A DNA stretch of 64,000 bases from Candidatus Latescibacterota bacterium. GTDB lineage: Bacteria; Latescibacterota; UBA2968. The DNA is taken from assembly GCA_965204375.1 (NCBI GenBank), contig OZ241986.1, positions 4,704,001 through 4,768,000 of the forward strand. The letters run 5' to 3'. Below the pieces are notes generated by a model that worked only from the letters and a program-made list of their open reading frames with translations, ran no database searches and was not told the DNA's origin. Position 1 is the stretch's first letter. The number at the start of each line of letters is the position of its first letter. Positions 25,241 to 34,171 of this stretch are shown piece after piece. The translations under genes and the position numbers were made by a program.

Positions 25241-28000
25241 TCATTTCGCAAATAAGAGGACATGCTCTTTGTCAATTCGACCATGTTGGTTAAAGGATTT
25301 CTTAGATTTTTGGAGCGTTCGTATCCATCGATCCTCGGTCTTAAGCCCTAACTGTTCTATGATCTCCACGAACTTATCTCCTACGGGAACAGGTGTTTTA
25401 TTTACAATGCCATCGCCGATAACAACAAAAGCCTTTCCATCAGAAGTTAAGACACGTTGCCACTCTGCAAAGCATTTTTCCATGTCCTCAAAATAACGCT
25501 CTGGCGTGGCTTTTGGGCGCGTGAACGTGTCATGCTTTCCGATTTCTGCATCTCTCGCCAGATCAACACTCCCATCAATCCAGTGCAACCTGTGACGGTG
25601 ATATTTATGATAATCATAGGCGTTGATATAAGGTGGCGAAGTCACTATCAAATTGACGCTGTCATCAGGTATAACGCTCAGGTTTCGACCATCAATACAG
25701 TGAACAACTGCTTGAGCCTTGGATAAGGTGGCGATTGCTTTGAGACGTTTGAGAGCATCTAAGAGGCGGCTTTTAAACCATTCAATAGCCTTGCCTTGGT
25801 CATAGGATTTTTTTATTCGCGCATAACGGGTGTCGCTATCTTGATTTGAAGCTCGTACGATAATGGCCGAAAATATCGCCAGCGCGAAGATACCTGATTT
25901 TTCTGGTAATTGATTGATTATAGCCTTGAGTTTACCCAAATCTTTTAAGGCATCATCACTGAACCAATATGATACATTATGGTATTCGGGGAGTTCAAGC
26001 GGCTCGGAAAGCGTCGAAAGTTTCTCATCTATCTTGCTTAAGAAATCTGTCAAGATTTTGATGTCTTCATCTGAATAATCAGCAACCTTTGCCCGACTGA
26101 TCAAGCAAGCCACAGCGTTATTATCGACACCTATAGCCTTTCGTCCCAAAATAATGCTTTCCAAAAGTGTCGTTCCACATCCGCAGAATGGATCGAGGAC
26201 GACCTCTCCAGGATTGGTCCAAGTTCGTATGGCTTTATTGGGAATTTGCGGAATAAATCGCGCAGGATAGGAATGAATTGCATGCAGATGCTGTTGCGTA
26301 TTCTCTTTGTGAAAATCCCAATCTCCATTGGATAAATTCTCAATCTGCTTACTCGTCGCACCGTAGATGGCTTTTCTCTGGAGCTTCTCTCCTGGAGCCT
26401 GAAACCAGAGGATCGATTCTGATGATCCCTTGTTATTCCGAAAAATATCTCTCGAGGGTAGCAACTCCATATTGAGTATCTTCCTTTGGTTCCAGCCAAC
26501 CTTTTTTCCAATCTCCCACACCAGTTTATCGGTCTCAATTTCAAATCGTTTTCCATCAATCGTGGTACTGTTGTTTCCAACAACATAAAAACCGAAATGG
26601 CCTGGACGCATCATTTTGAGTGCATTCTGCATGGCATCCGACATATCCAGGAAATACCGCCCAAGAAGCGCAGACAGGTTCTTTCTGCGGAACCCGACTG
26701 TCTCACGTTTATTTGCTTCGTCAACTGTTTCGACAACCTCTCTTACGTTTTTGGGGAGTTCATTTCTTCTTGCCAGATAATTTTCCCATAATGCCTGTCG
26801 TTGAGAATTCGTAATCTCTCGATTTCCGATCATCTCATACTCACGCGCTCTGTGGCTACCACGGGGAAGTAGTTCCAACGTTGATAAACTCAGACGGTCA
26901 GTATCAATGTATGGAAGGGCCATGGCATAAGGGGGCGATGTAATAAGGACATCGCATTTGCCTACCCACGTCGGAAAAACAGCGTGGATATTGCGTGCAT
27001 CACCTTCTTGAATGGTAAATTGTGGAAATGTCTTGATCCCATTAAAACAAGATAAATAAGCTGTGATTTTTGCCATGTTATTCTTGATTTCCTGGGACAA
27101 GCGTTGTATTGCCAAGCTTGGCGTATAGTTGGTAATCTCCTTTCGTACGCGCAAGTCAGATTCTCTTTGCCAGGATATGGATCTGACGATATTGCTCAGG
27201 CAAACCTGCAAGAGTCTCCGCGTCTTTTTGTCCGTTATGTCTGCAATTTTGGTAAGGATAAACGCCAATTCTTTGAGGGCCTCTGGGGCAAACCATCTGT
27301 TTAGATAGGTGGTATCGTCTTTATTCCAGGGATATTCGGCAACCGATTTGCCAGTATCAGTCTCTTTGATTGCAGTCAAAAATCGTGTTAAGTGCGTATT
27401 AATAGACGCGATATCAAGATCAAAAACAGAAGTCTTTACACGAGATATTTTCACTGACAACGGATTGAGGTCTGCACCGATTGTTTGCATACCCATTGAT
27501 CGGGCTTCAATATTCGTCGTACCGCTGCCACACATGGGGTCAATAACGACATCCCCTGGTTTTAATCCCGCAAAATTGATCAGGGCTTTGACCAACTGGG
27601 GAAAGAATTTACCCCGATACTCATGTATGCCATGTGGACCGTATCGCAATTTGCGGGATTTGTGAAATTTGAAGTTGTCCTGACCATTTAAGTCGGTTAA
27701 GTGTTTTTCTGATTCGAGCAGAATTTGAAATGTTGGTCCCAGTACCAAATCGCCTATTTGTTCCCAATAAGCAAGTCTTCTAAACAGATCTTGCGTGAGA
27801 TTCTGTTGGGCGAGTGTAACCCATTGATCTGCTGGCCCGGAGAACGGATACCTGGCGTAGCTATCTCCTATAAGACCGTACAACTCACCTTGAGCGAGAA
27901 GCTGCTCGAATGGCTGAATATAAGGCTTGAGCTTGAGACGCACCTGTTCCGCATCATCAAACTCCTTAAAGTGTAAACTACTCTGTTCGGATGTGCTCAT
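25241..28000 (-). CDS. tandem (two-domain) amino-DNA methyltransferase, alpha-class, SPPY type (probably m4C)
   Basis: Domain 1: HEYRGKF..DPMCGSGT..ITSPPY; domain 2: HSYPARF..DPFCGCGT..VTSPPY. Start ATG 28000 lies 1 nt after the upstream TAA; ~919 aa. Confidence 0.9.
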   Translation of the reverse strand: MSTSEQSSLHFKEFDDAEQVRLKLKPYIQPFEQLLAQGELYGLIGDSYARYPFSGPADQWVTLAQQNLTQDLFRRLAYWEQIGDLVLGPTFQILLESEKHLTDLNGQDNFKFHKSRKLRYGPHGIHEYRGKFFPQLVKALINFAGLKPGDVVIDPMCGSGTTNIEARSMGMQTIGADLNPLSVKISRVKTSVFDLDIASINTHLTRFLTAIKETDTGKSVAEYPWNKDDTTYLNRWFAPEALKELAFILTKIADITDKKTRRLLQVCLSNIVRSISWQRESDLRVRKEITNYTPSLAIQRLSQEIKNNMAKITAYLSCFNGIKTFPQFTIQEGDARNIHAVFPTWVGKCDVLITSPPYAMALPYIDTDRLSLSTLELLPRGSHRAREYEMIGNREITNSQRQALWENYLARRNELPKNVREVVETVDEANKRETVGFRRKNLSALLGRYFLDMSDAMQNALKMMRPGHFGFYVVGNNSTTIDGKRFEIETDKLVWEIGKKVGWNQRKILNMELLPSRDIFRNNKGSSESILWFQAPGEKLQRKAIYGATSKQIENLSNGDWDFHKENTQQHLHAIHSYPARFIPQIPNKAIRTWTNPGEVVLDPFCGCGTTLLESIILGRKAIGVDNNAVACLISRAKVADYSDEDIKILTDFLSKIDEKLSTLSEPLELPEYHNVSYWFSDDALKDLGKLKAIINQLPEKSGIFALAIFSAIIVRASNQDSDTRYARIKKSYDQGKAIEWFKSRLLDALKRLKAIATLSKAQAVVHCIDGRNLSVIPDDSVNLIVTSPPYINAYDYHKYHRHRLHWIDGSVDLARDAEIGKHDTFTRPKATPERYFEDMEKCFAEWQRVLTSDGKAFVVIGDGIVNKTPVPVGDKFVEIIEQLGLKTEDRWIRTLQKSKKSFNQHGRIDKEHVLLFAK

Positions 28001-28001
28001 A

Positions 28002-28991
28002 TTAACCGTTGGTAGAAATGATGTGAGAGGCGGCAAATAGCTCAAAAGGGGAGAGGTCTGTTCCAAAGGGAACATCAATGTCTCTCATCCGAAACGCCGG
28101 AATATCCAGTGGATACGCTGAGAGATAGCCAGCAAAATTTGAAAGTCTCGATTGGACTGCTTGTTGGGTTTCTAAATCGCAATATTTTGCGATTTGACGA
28201 GCATGTAAAGCAGAGATGGCTGAGTGTATGGGTTTGTCACGCGATATCCTTTTGGCAGTTCCCATATAATCATCGACTTTTGACTCAACCGAGAAGTCGC
28301 AATAGCCTTCTTCTGCTTCACAAAGATCAATAATTTCTTCCAGTCCATAAGGTGCCAAATTGGTAGCCGACAACATCTGAAGAGTACACATTCTAAAACA
28401 CTCTGCACTCAAATAGCCAGTCAAATTTGTCGAACTCAGGATGGATTCAAATCGAGACTTTTGAGGCTGAGTTAAACCTTGAACGGACAATATTTCTATG
28501 CCCATAGAAAGAGAGAGCATCAATTCAGATTTCATTCTCGTTCGAGGGTTTGTAGGACTGACATCGGGATTATAGATCCAACCACTCCGCTGAATAAAGC
28601 GTTTGATTAAGGCTCTATAGGCATTGATATTGTTGGCGTCAGAACCATTGTATCTATCAATCCACCAATGCGTATAAATAGCGTGGATAGGCGTCTGTTT
28701 CCATTGACGAGAGAAATTATGTAGTTTTTTCCCATATTCTTCTGAGTACGCAAGCGGTCTTCCCAGTTCATCTTTCAATAATTCCCTGATGATCCCTTCC
28801 CAATCTGTCTGGACGCATCCGAAAAGAGCAATTTCAGCCAAAATTCCTTGAAGACACCACGCCGAAGAAACCGAGTCGTTAGAGATTTCTGTTTCAATGT
28901 CCAATAACCAATCTTGGAGCCAATCCTCGTGTTGTGGAACGAGCTTTAGCGTAGAAACATCAACATCTGGAATGATAATATAGTCAATCAT
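28002..28991 (-). CDS. hypothetical protein (~329 aa), middle gene of the methyltransferase operon
   Basis: ATG 28991 overlaps the TGA of the upstream frame (ATGA) and its TAA abuts the MTase ATG; no family recognised. Confidence 0.75.
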   Translation of the reverse strand: MIDYIIIPDVDVSTLKLVPQHEDWLQDWLLDIETEISNDSVSSAWCLQGILAEIALFGCVQTDWEGIIRELLKDELGRPLAYSEEYGKKLHNFSRQWKQTPIHAIYTHWWIDRYNGSDANNINAYRALIKRFIQRSGWIYNPDVSPTNPRTRMKSELMLSLSMGIEILSVQGLTQPQKSRFESILSSTNLTGYLSAECFRMCTLQMLSATNLAPYGLEEIIDLCEAEEGYCDFSVESKVDDYMGTAKRISRDKPIHSAISALHARQIAKYCDLETQQAVQSRLSNFAGYLSAYPLDIPAFRMRDIDVPFGTDLSPFELFAASHIISTNG

Positions 28992-30534
28992 AAGGTAAAA
29001 GCCTCGGATGGTTCTTTTACTGTATTTCCAAATGTGGCAAACATCAGCAATGGGAAAAACCATTTACACAAGGCAGAAGACGCGGAGAAATCTAATCTGG
29101 CCAGACCAGCACCCGTAGGTTCTACATGGGAGAATTTATCTTCAAAGGGCATAAGGGCCGGTGCTGTCTCTAAGGCCCAGGGTTTTAATGCGGTCGAAAT
29201 TTCCATTGTTCGTAATTTACCATCCCCACTCGAGCCACCCCGCAGCATCGGTACGCCGTTTTTGAGACCCATCATAACAAGTTCAGGGAAATACTGCGAT
29301 CCAACCTTGATTTTCTAGGTGGCAACACAATCATCTTTCTGAAATAGCTTCTGTAGAGACCTCAACATCAAATCAATGCTTCTGTCTTCTGATGAAGTAA
29401 ACGCCAAGCTCAACCCTGTAACCTTTTGAGAAAACATTGCAAACATCTTAGCTTTTGGGGTTGATCCCTCGGCCAAATAGAGTCCTGAGACATAACAGAA
29501 AAGTGGATCTATCCGCAAAGTTGGCTTGAGTTTGAGCCTTCTGGACCTTGGCCACATCCCTTCTAATATACCAAAATTTTCCGTTATTTTTGGCCGATTG
29601 TCAGCGAGATTTCCGTAAGGATGTAACGAGAAAAATGCTTTAATATCAATATCCCTCCCTACAGATGATGGTATGTCTATCCATTGAATAAGCCCTTGGG
29701 GAGAAACCCAGGTGTCCGCATGGATTGAATCTTCCATTTCGTAAAGCATTTTAAGAAAAAATTCGCCAAACCTATTAAGGCCGCCAATATAGATTTCATC
29801 AGACCTGCTGGAGCCACCCGGTTCTCGAGCACCTTTTTTGAATGGTCTCCGTAAAGAAGCTGTAACTGTATCTGCCCGATTTAAAACTAATCCGCTTTTT
29901 TTAAATCCATCTCCTTTTCATATGCGAGAATTTCCTGCATAGCATTCTTATGAAAATAATAGAAGGCCAAATGATTTTCGTTGGTGCCTGGCACATCTCG
30001 GCTTTCTGCTAAATACCTTTTATCGGCGTCAGTTAATGATCGGCGTAATGTTGAGAGTGGAGGTGTTTTTGGAATATATCCGCCATAATAATTTTTTAAC
30101 CTGTCTAAGCCTTCATCTGCCATAAAAAAGGCACTATCCTCTCCCAATGAAAACGTAAATCGTATTCCGTCTGAAAATATTTTGCGAAACTGTTCTACTG
30201 CAAAATGTACGAGGTTTGGTTCCCTTTGCGAAAATGAAATTGTGGGCTTAATGACCCCTAAGTTATGCTTGTCCTCACTACCCTTTGCACCGTCTCCACT
30301 ATACAGCCCAAAAAATGAGACTAAACTCTCATTGAGTTCGATTTCCGATCTGATCTTTACTTCATCGCCCGTACCGTCCTTACGTGAAACGATCAAAAAT
30401 CCATCTCGGATTTCTCGATATTGATAATCAGCCGAAAATGTTCTATACTTGGCATCTGTAATAACGTATCCGCGGACAGATCCCTGAGTCCTTTCAAGAA
30501 ATTCTTTGACCTTGATATAGCCTAATGTTGGCAT
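28988..30534 (-). pseudogene. two-domain LAGLIDADG-like endonuclease gene (~515 aa reconstructed), with a -1 frameshift at an A7 run (29896-29902) and an in-frame TAG (29315-29317)
   Basis: Track ORFs 29887-30534, 29315-29749 and 28988-29275 join into one frame. Motif 1: IELNESLVSFFGLYSGDGAKG...ISFSQREPNLVHFAVEQFRKIF; motif 2: LRIDPLFCYVSGLYLAEGST...LAFTSSEDRSIDLMLRSLQKLF. Confidence 0.7.
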
Positions 30535-30862
30535 ATTGTGTATCCTTTTTTTTGCTGTACGTCGTCAAATTCTGGTTACCGTCCGTCATAGTGACTGATA
30601 CGTTTGTTCCGCACGCCCCTGCCTCGAGCGTCAATATAGCTACGATGCATCTCGGCTATGAGATCTGTGACAAGAGAACCTTGGTTGCCATCTCGGCTTG
30701 GTATGGCCAGAGGGAATAACACCTGGTCTGGTATTACCTTTCGTATTCCTTTAGGCCCTCCCCGATCTCATGGCTTCTCTCAAGACACATCTGGTCTATC
30801 AGATCGAGACATTTAATTGCCCATTCGTCGCCGTCATCAGCAGATGAGTGAGACGCAAAGGA

Positions 30863-32440
30863 TCACATGCCCCAAATGTCTATCTCAACGCCACCTTCAG
30901 ACACACGGCGATGGTGGAACACCTTATCCTCCCAACGCCTGCCTTCACGGCGGTCAAAAATCACCAGATGACCTGCCTCTGCATCGCAGCGATCCATGTA
31001 CTCCGCGGTTTGTTCCAGGCCCTCAATGATGGTTTGCTCCAGGCTTTTGTGGAGAATTTTGCATTCGATCACAATTTTGCAGGTCTGATCGTCCTGCGGC
31101 CAGACAATCAGCAGATCGGTGCGTCCACGTCCCAAACCATACTCCCGTTCAATGCGTCCACCGCTGTTCACAATCCGCTGGAGAAATGCCTGCAACAACA
31201 ACTGCGGACCGGCTTCCTGATATTGGAATCGTCTCACCCAGTGCTCTGAGTGTTCGCGGAAAAAGGTCTGAAACTCGGTCATCAGTTTGACCACATTCAG
31301 GCTACCATCGGCATTGACGTACCAGGCTGTATCCTGCTCAAACTCCCCCTGTAACACCCACGTCAGTTCGCGCGGCACGACTTCGGCGTAGATCGGATTG
31401 GCAATGCGGTACGGCAGATCTTGAGCCACAAGACCGAGATCGCGTACATACTCCAGGTCGCGGTCAATAAAGCGACGTTCCTCAGCCCCACTCAGCAGCG
31501 GTTCAACGATGCGTTGTACGCGTTCTTCCTGCAACTTATCGGCCAACTGGTCGAGGTGTATCTCTCGGCGCAAGATGAGTTGCTCCCGTGCGTCACATAT
31601 TGCGTTGTCCGTAATGGGCTGGCTGCGATCCCGCCCGGTCTTGTTTTTAAAGCCAGCTTCATAAGCCAATGCATTGACCAGCCACGGTTGTCCCCGGGTC
31701 TGCGTCCAGATCGTCTCCAGTGCCTCGGCTGTGAATGCCTGCCCCGTTTCTGCCGTGTGCTGTGCGATGAGATCGAATACCTCGTCCTGTGAGAAGTCCC
31801 CCAGGCGCAGGGACTCAGCGCGAATGTTGAATGCACTGCCACCGGCGATGAGCGCATTTTCTGCCGTTGATTGGATGCGGTAGTCGCGCACATCGCGTAC
31901 CCCACACAGCACCACACTTTGCGGAAAACCCTCTGGGCGAAGGTCATAGCCCGCTCGCAACTGCCGTAGCACAGACAGCAGAGAATCGCCGATCAAGGCG
32001 TCAATCTCATCTATGAGCAACACCAGGGGCTTCGAGTCGGCTTTAGCCCAGCGCGTCAGTGCCACCTGCAAGGCAGCGTGCGGGCCGAACTCGGCGAGGA
32101 TGCCGGACCAGACTTTGAGCAAGAATTCGTCTTCCAGCGTCAAGCTCGCTCGTAGTGCTAACACGCCCAGAAAGGTGCGCGTCACCTGTTCCACGTCTTC
32201 GCGCGCAGTTTGCCCGCCTTCGACATTGACGTACACACAGCGGTAGTCGTCCCCTGTGTTGAGCAGGTCGCGCAGGGCCAGCAGGGCAGAGGTCTTGCCC
32301 GTCTGCCTGGGCGCGTGCAGGACGAAATAGCGTTTGTCGTGGATGAGCCTGAGAACCTCGGTGAGGTTGAGCCGTTGTAGGGGCGGGATGCAATAGTGGT
32401 CCGCAGCGACCACTGGTCCGCTCGTGTTGAAGAAGCGCAT
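30863..32440 (-). CDS. AAA-like ATPase with a C-terminal PD-(D/E)XK nuclease domain
   Basis: HAPRQTGKT, LLIDEID; C-terminal REYGLGRGRTDL...IECK...GLEQTAEY. Confidence 0.88.
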   Translation of the reverse strand: MRFFNTSGPVVAADHYCIPPLQRLNLTEVLRLIHDKRYFVLHAPRQTGKTSALLALRDLLNTGDDYRCVYVNVEGGQTAREDVEQVTRTFLGVLALRASLTLEDEFLLKVWSGILAEFGPHAALQVALTRWAKADSKPLVLLIDEIDALIGDSLLSVLRQLRAGYDLRPEGFPQSVVLCGVRDVRDYRIQSTAENALIAGGSAFNIRAESLRLGDFSQDEVFDLIAQHTAETGQAFTAEALETIWTQTRGQPWLVNALAYEAGFKNKTGRDRSQPITDNAICDAREQLILRREIHLDQLADKLQEERVQRIVEPLLSGAEERRFIDRDLEYVRDLGLVAQDLPYRIANPIYAEVVPRELTWVLQGEFEQDTAWYVNADGSLNVVKLMTEFQTFFREHSEHWVRRFQYQEAGPQLLLQAFLQRIVNSGGRIEREYGLGRGRTDLLIVWPQDDQTCKIVIECKILHKSLEQTIIEGLEQTAEYMDRCDAEAGHLVIFDRREGRRWEDKVFHHRRVSEGGVEIDIWGM

Positions 32441-32594
32441 GACGCAAGTCTCCTTTTTTTGGGAGATTAGATACAGGCTGTGAAATGCAGTTCGACGGCG
32501 TATCTGTTATCTTAAAGTACGCACTGATGCCGACAATATCCAAATGAATATACACGCCATAATTTTAGTTGAAAAGCACTACTCCACATTATGG

Positions 32595-33788
32595 TTAATA
32601 CTTTGAGATTGCCTCAAAATCCAATTCTACGACCCAGTCTTGAACCGCGCCATCCCTGATAAACCGGATAAATCCAAGTTCTCCAAGCCGTATTAACTCC
32701 CTTTGAAAAGTTCGCCAGGTGACATTCTGGTACGCAGATTGTACATAACGATCTTCCTGTAGTTCTGATAGTTCGATACTTCGAGATGGGATATCAGAGA
32801 AGGGGTCTGAAGGCTCTGTCTCGCTCAAGAGAAAGTTGAGGAGATTGTATTCCCTCTGGTTCAGGAGCCGTCTCCGGGGGCTAACTTTTATATCGCGAGC
32901 TTGGACGAGCATCCTCTGATATACCAGTCGGTTGAGCTTTGCTTTGACGAAATTATTTATGCCTTTGAGTTCACTTGCAAAGCCAGCTACGCCAAAGCGA
33001 ATAAATGGTGTCACATCGAAAGGCTGGCTTTGCCGACATTCCTGGAGGATTGATTTGTATTCTTGTTCGTGGCGATAGAAGTAGTTGGATAGCCCGTAAA
33101 AGCCATGCACATTATATCCGAGTTGAAAGAGGATACCAGCTTCAACGAGTCGGGAGATTCTTCCGTTTCCGTCTCCAAAGGGGTGAATTGTCACGAGGAA
33201 GAAGTGGGCGAGCAAGGCACGTATGACTGAATGAAGACTTTCGAGTCGGCGAGAATTGATGAAATTGATATACTCTTGCATTAAGCGAGGGAGCGTTTCG
33301 TGCGGCGCACCTCTATGGACCCCTCCAAGCTCTTCCGTGCCTACAACAACGGAAAAGTTGCGGAGTTCCCCGGGTATATTGCGGTCGGTATCTGAATCTC
33401 GGGTGATCATTTCGTGCATGGTGAGGATGTCTCTCAGACCAATAGGTGGGCTGTCTGGACGAAATCGTTTTTTTATCCAGGTCTGAGCCTCTCCTGCATT
33501 TCTGATCTGCAATTGTTCTTTTGTCGCGGTTTCCCTGTCGTGGTTGTGAGTTTGTTGTTCGAGGTACTCCATTTGCTGAGCAACCTCAGCTTCGGACAGA
33601 GGGTTGCCTTCTATCGCAGTTGTGCCATGAATAGCACGGATTCTATTGAGCCTGTCAAGCTGGCTTTGCCACTCTTGTGGAAACACGAGGTTTAGAGAGG
33701 CTTCTTTATAAGCTTCAATAGAGATGAGATCCTGAAAGAGACCTTGCTGGTCGAGATGATACTCAAAGGGAAATTTTTCCCAGTCCAT
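32595..33788 (-). CDS. Fic family protein with a C-terminal winged HTH
   Basis: TTAIEGNPLS, canonical HPFGDGNGRISR, C-terminal TWRTFQRELIRLGELGFI; ATG 33788 has an AGAGG RBS. Confidence 0.9.
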   Translation of the reverse strand: MDWEKFPFEYHLDQQGLFQDLISIEAYKEASLNLVFPQEWQSQLDRLNRIRAIHGTTAIEGNPLSEAEVAQQMEYLEQQTHNHDRETATKEQLQIRNAGEAQTWIKKRFRPDSPPIGLRDILTMHEMITRDSDTDRNIPGELRNFSVVVGTEELGGVHRGAPHETLPRLMQEYINFINSRRLESLHSVIRALLAHFFLVTIHPFGDGNGRISRLVEAGILFQLGYNVHGFYGLSNYFYRHEQEYKSILQECRQSQPFDVTPFIRFGVAGFASELKGINNFVKAKLNRLVYQRMLVQARDIKVSPRRRLLNQREYNLLNFLLSETEPSDPFSDIPSRSIELSELQEDRYVQSAYQNVTWRTFQRELIRLGELGFIRFIRDGAVQDWVVELDFEAISKY

Positions 33789-33798
33789 TTTTGTCCTC

Positions 33799-33921
33799 TT
33801 ATTTAACACGTTATTTGACACGTTGATAAATTTTGTAAGATATTAAATAATAATAATTTTTTACTAAAATTGCAAGAATATAGACTAAAATTTATCGTTA
33901 TTTGACACGTTATTTGACAAC
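33799..33921. promoter_or_regulatory. two tandem pairs of a 12-bp repeat (TTATTTRACACG) upstream of fic
   Basis: Copies at 33799, 33811, 33898 and 33910; the pairs are 99 bp apart. Confidence 0.6.
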
Positions 33922-33962
33922 AATAATACATCAAGGCGTAAGTCGCATTCATATGAAATGCC

Positions 33963-34060
33963 GTCACTCCTGCGGAGGCAGAAGTCCAGTCTGATAGGTT
34001 CGCCTGTGGATTACTGGCGTTGTGCCTGCGGCGTGGCGGCTTTAAGCATGCCGCAATGAC
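33963..34060. repeat. REP-like palindromic pair (right flank of the defence island)
   Basis: GTCACTCCTGCGGAGGCAGAAGTCCAG ... and an inverted copy whose reverse complement reads GTCATTGCGGCATGCTTAAAGCCGC, same family as 2175 and 25087. Confidence 0.65.
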
Positions 34061-34171
34061 AATCGCATCTGTTAAGGTTTTGCAAGCCAGTTCAAATTTG
34101 GTCTGACGAAGGAAGATTTTGGATGTATATTGACGGGGTGCATTTTTACATTGGATTGAAAGGATGAGATT

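Noticed and set aside
28988-30534. LAGLIDADG-like gene as an intein or group I intron ORF
   Set aside because: No N-terminal Cys/Ser or C-terminal His-Asn splicing motifs and no interrupted host gene; it has its own RBS and is coupled to the next gene.
30540-30860. Possible integrase remnant or ncRNA in the spacer upstream of the nuclease gene
   Set aside because: Only short unconvincing ORFs, with no recognisable catalytic motif or stable structure.
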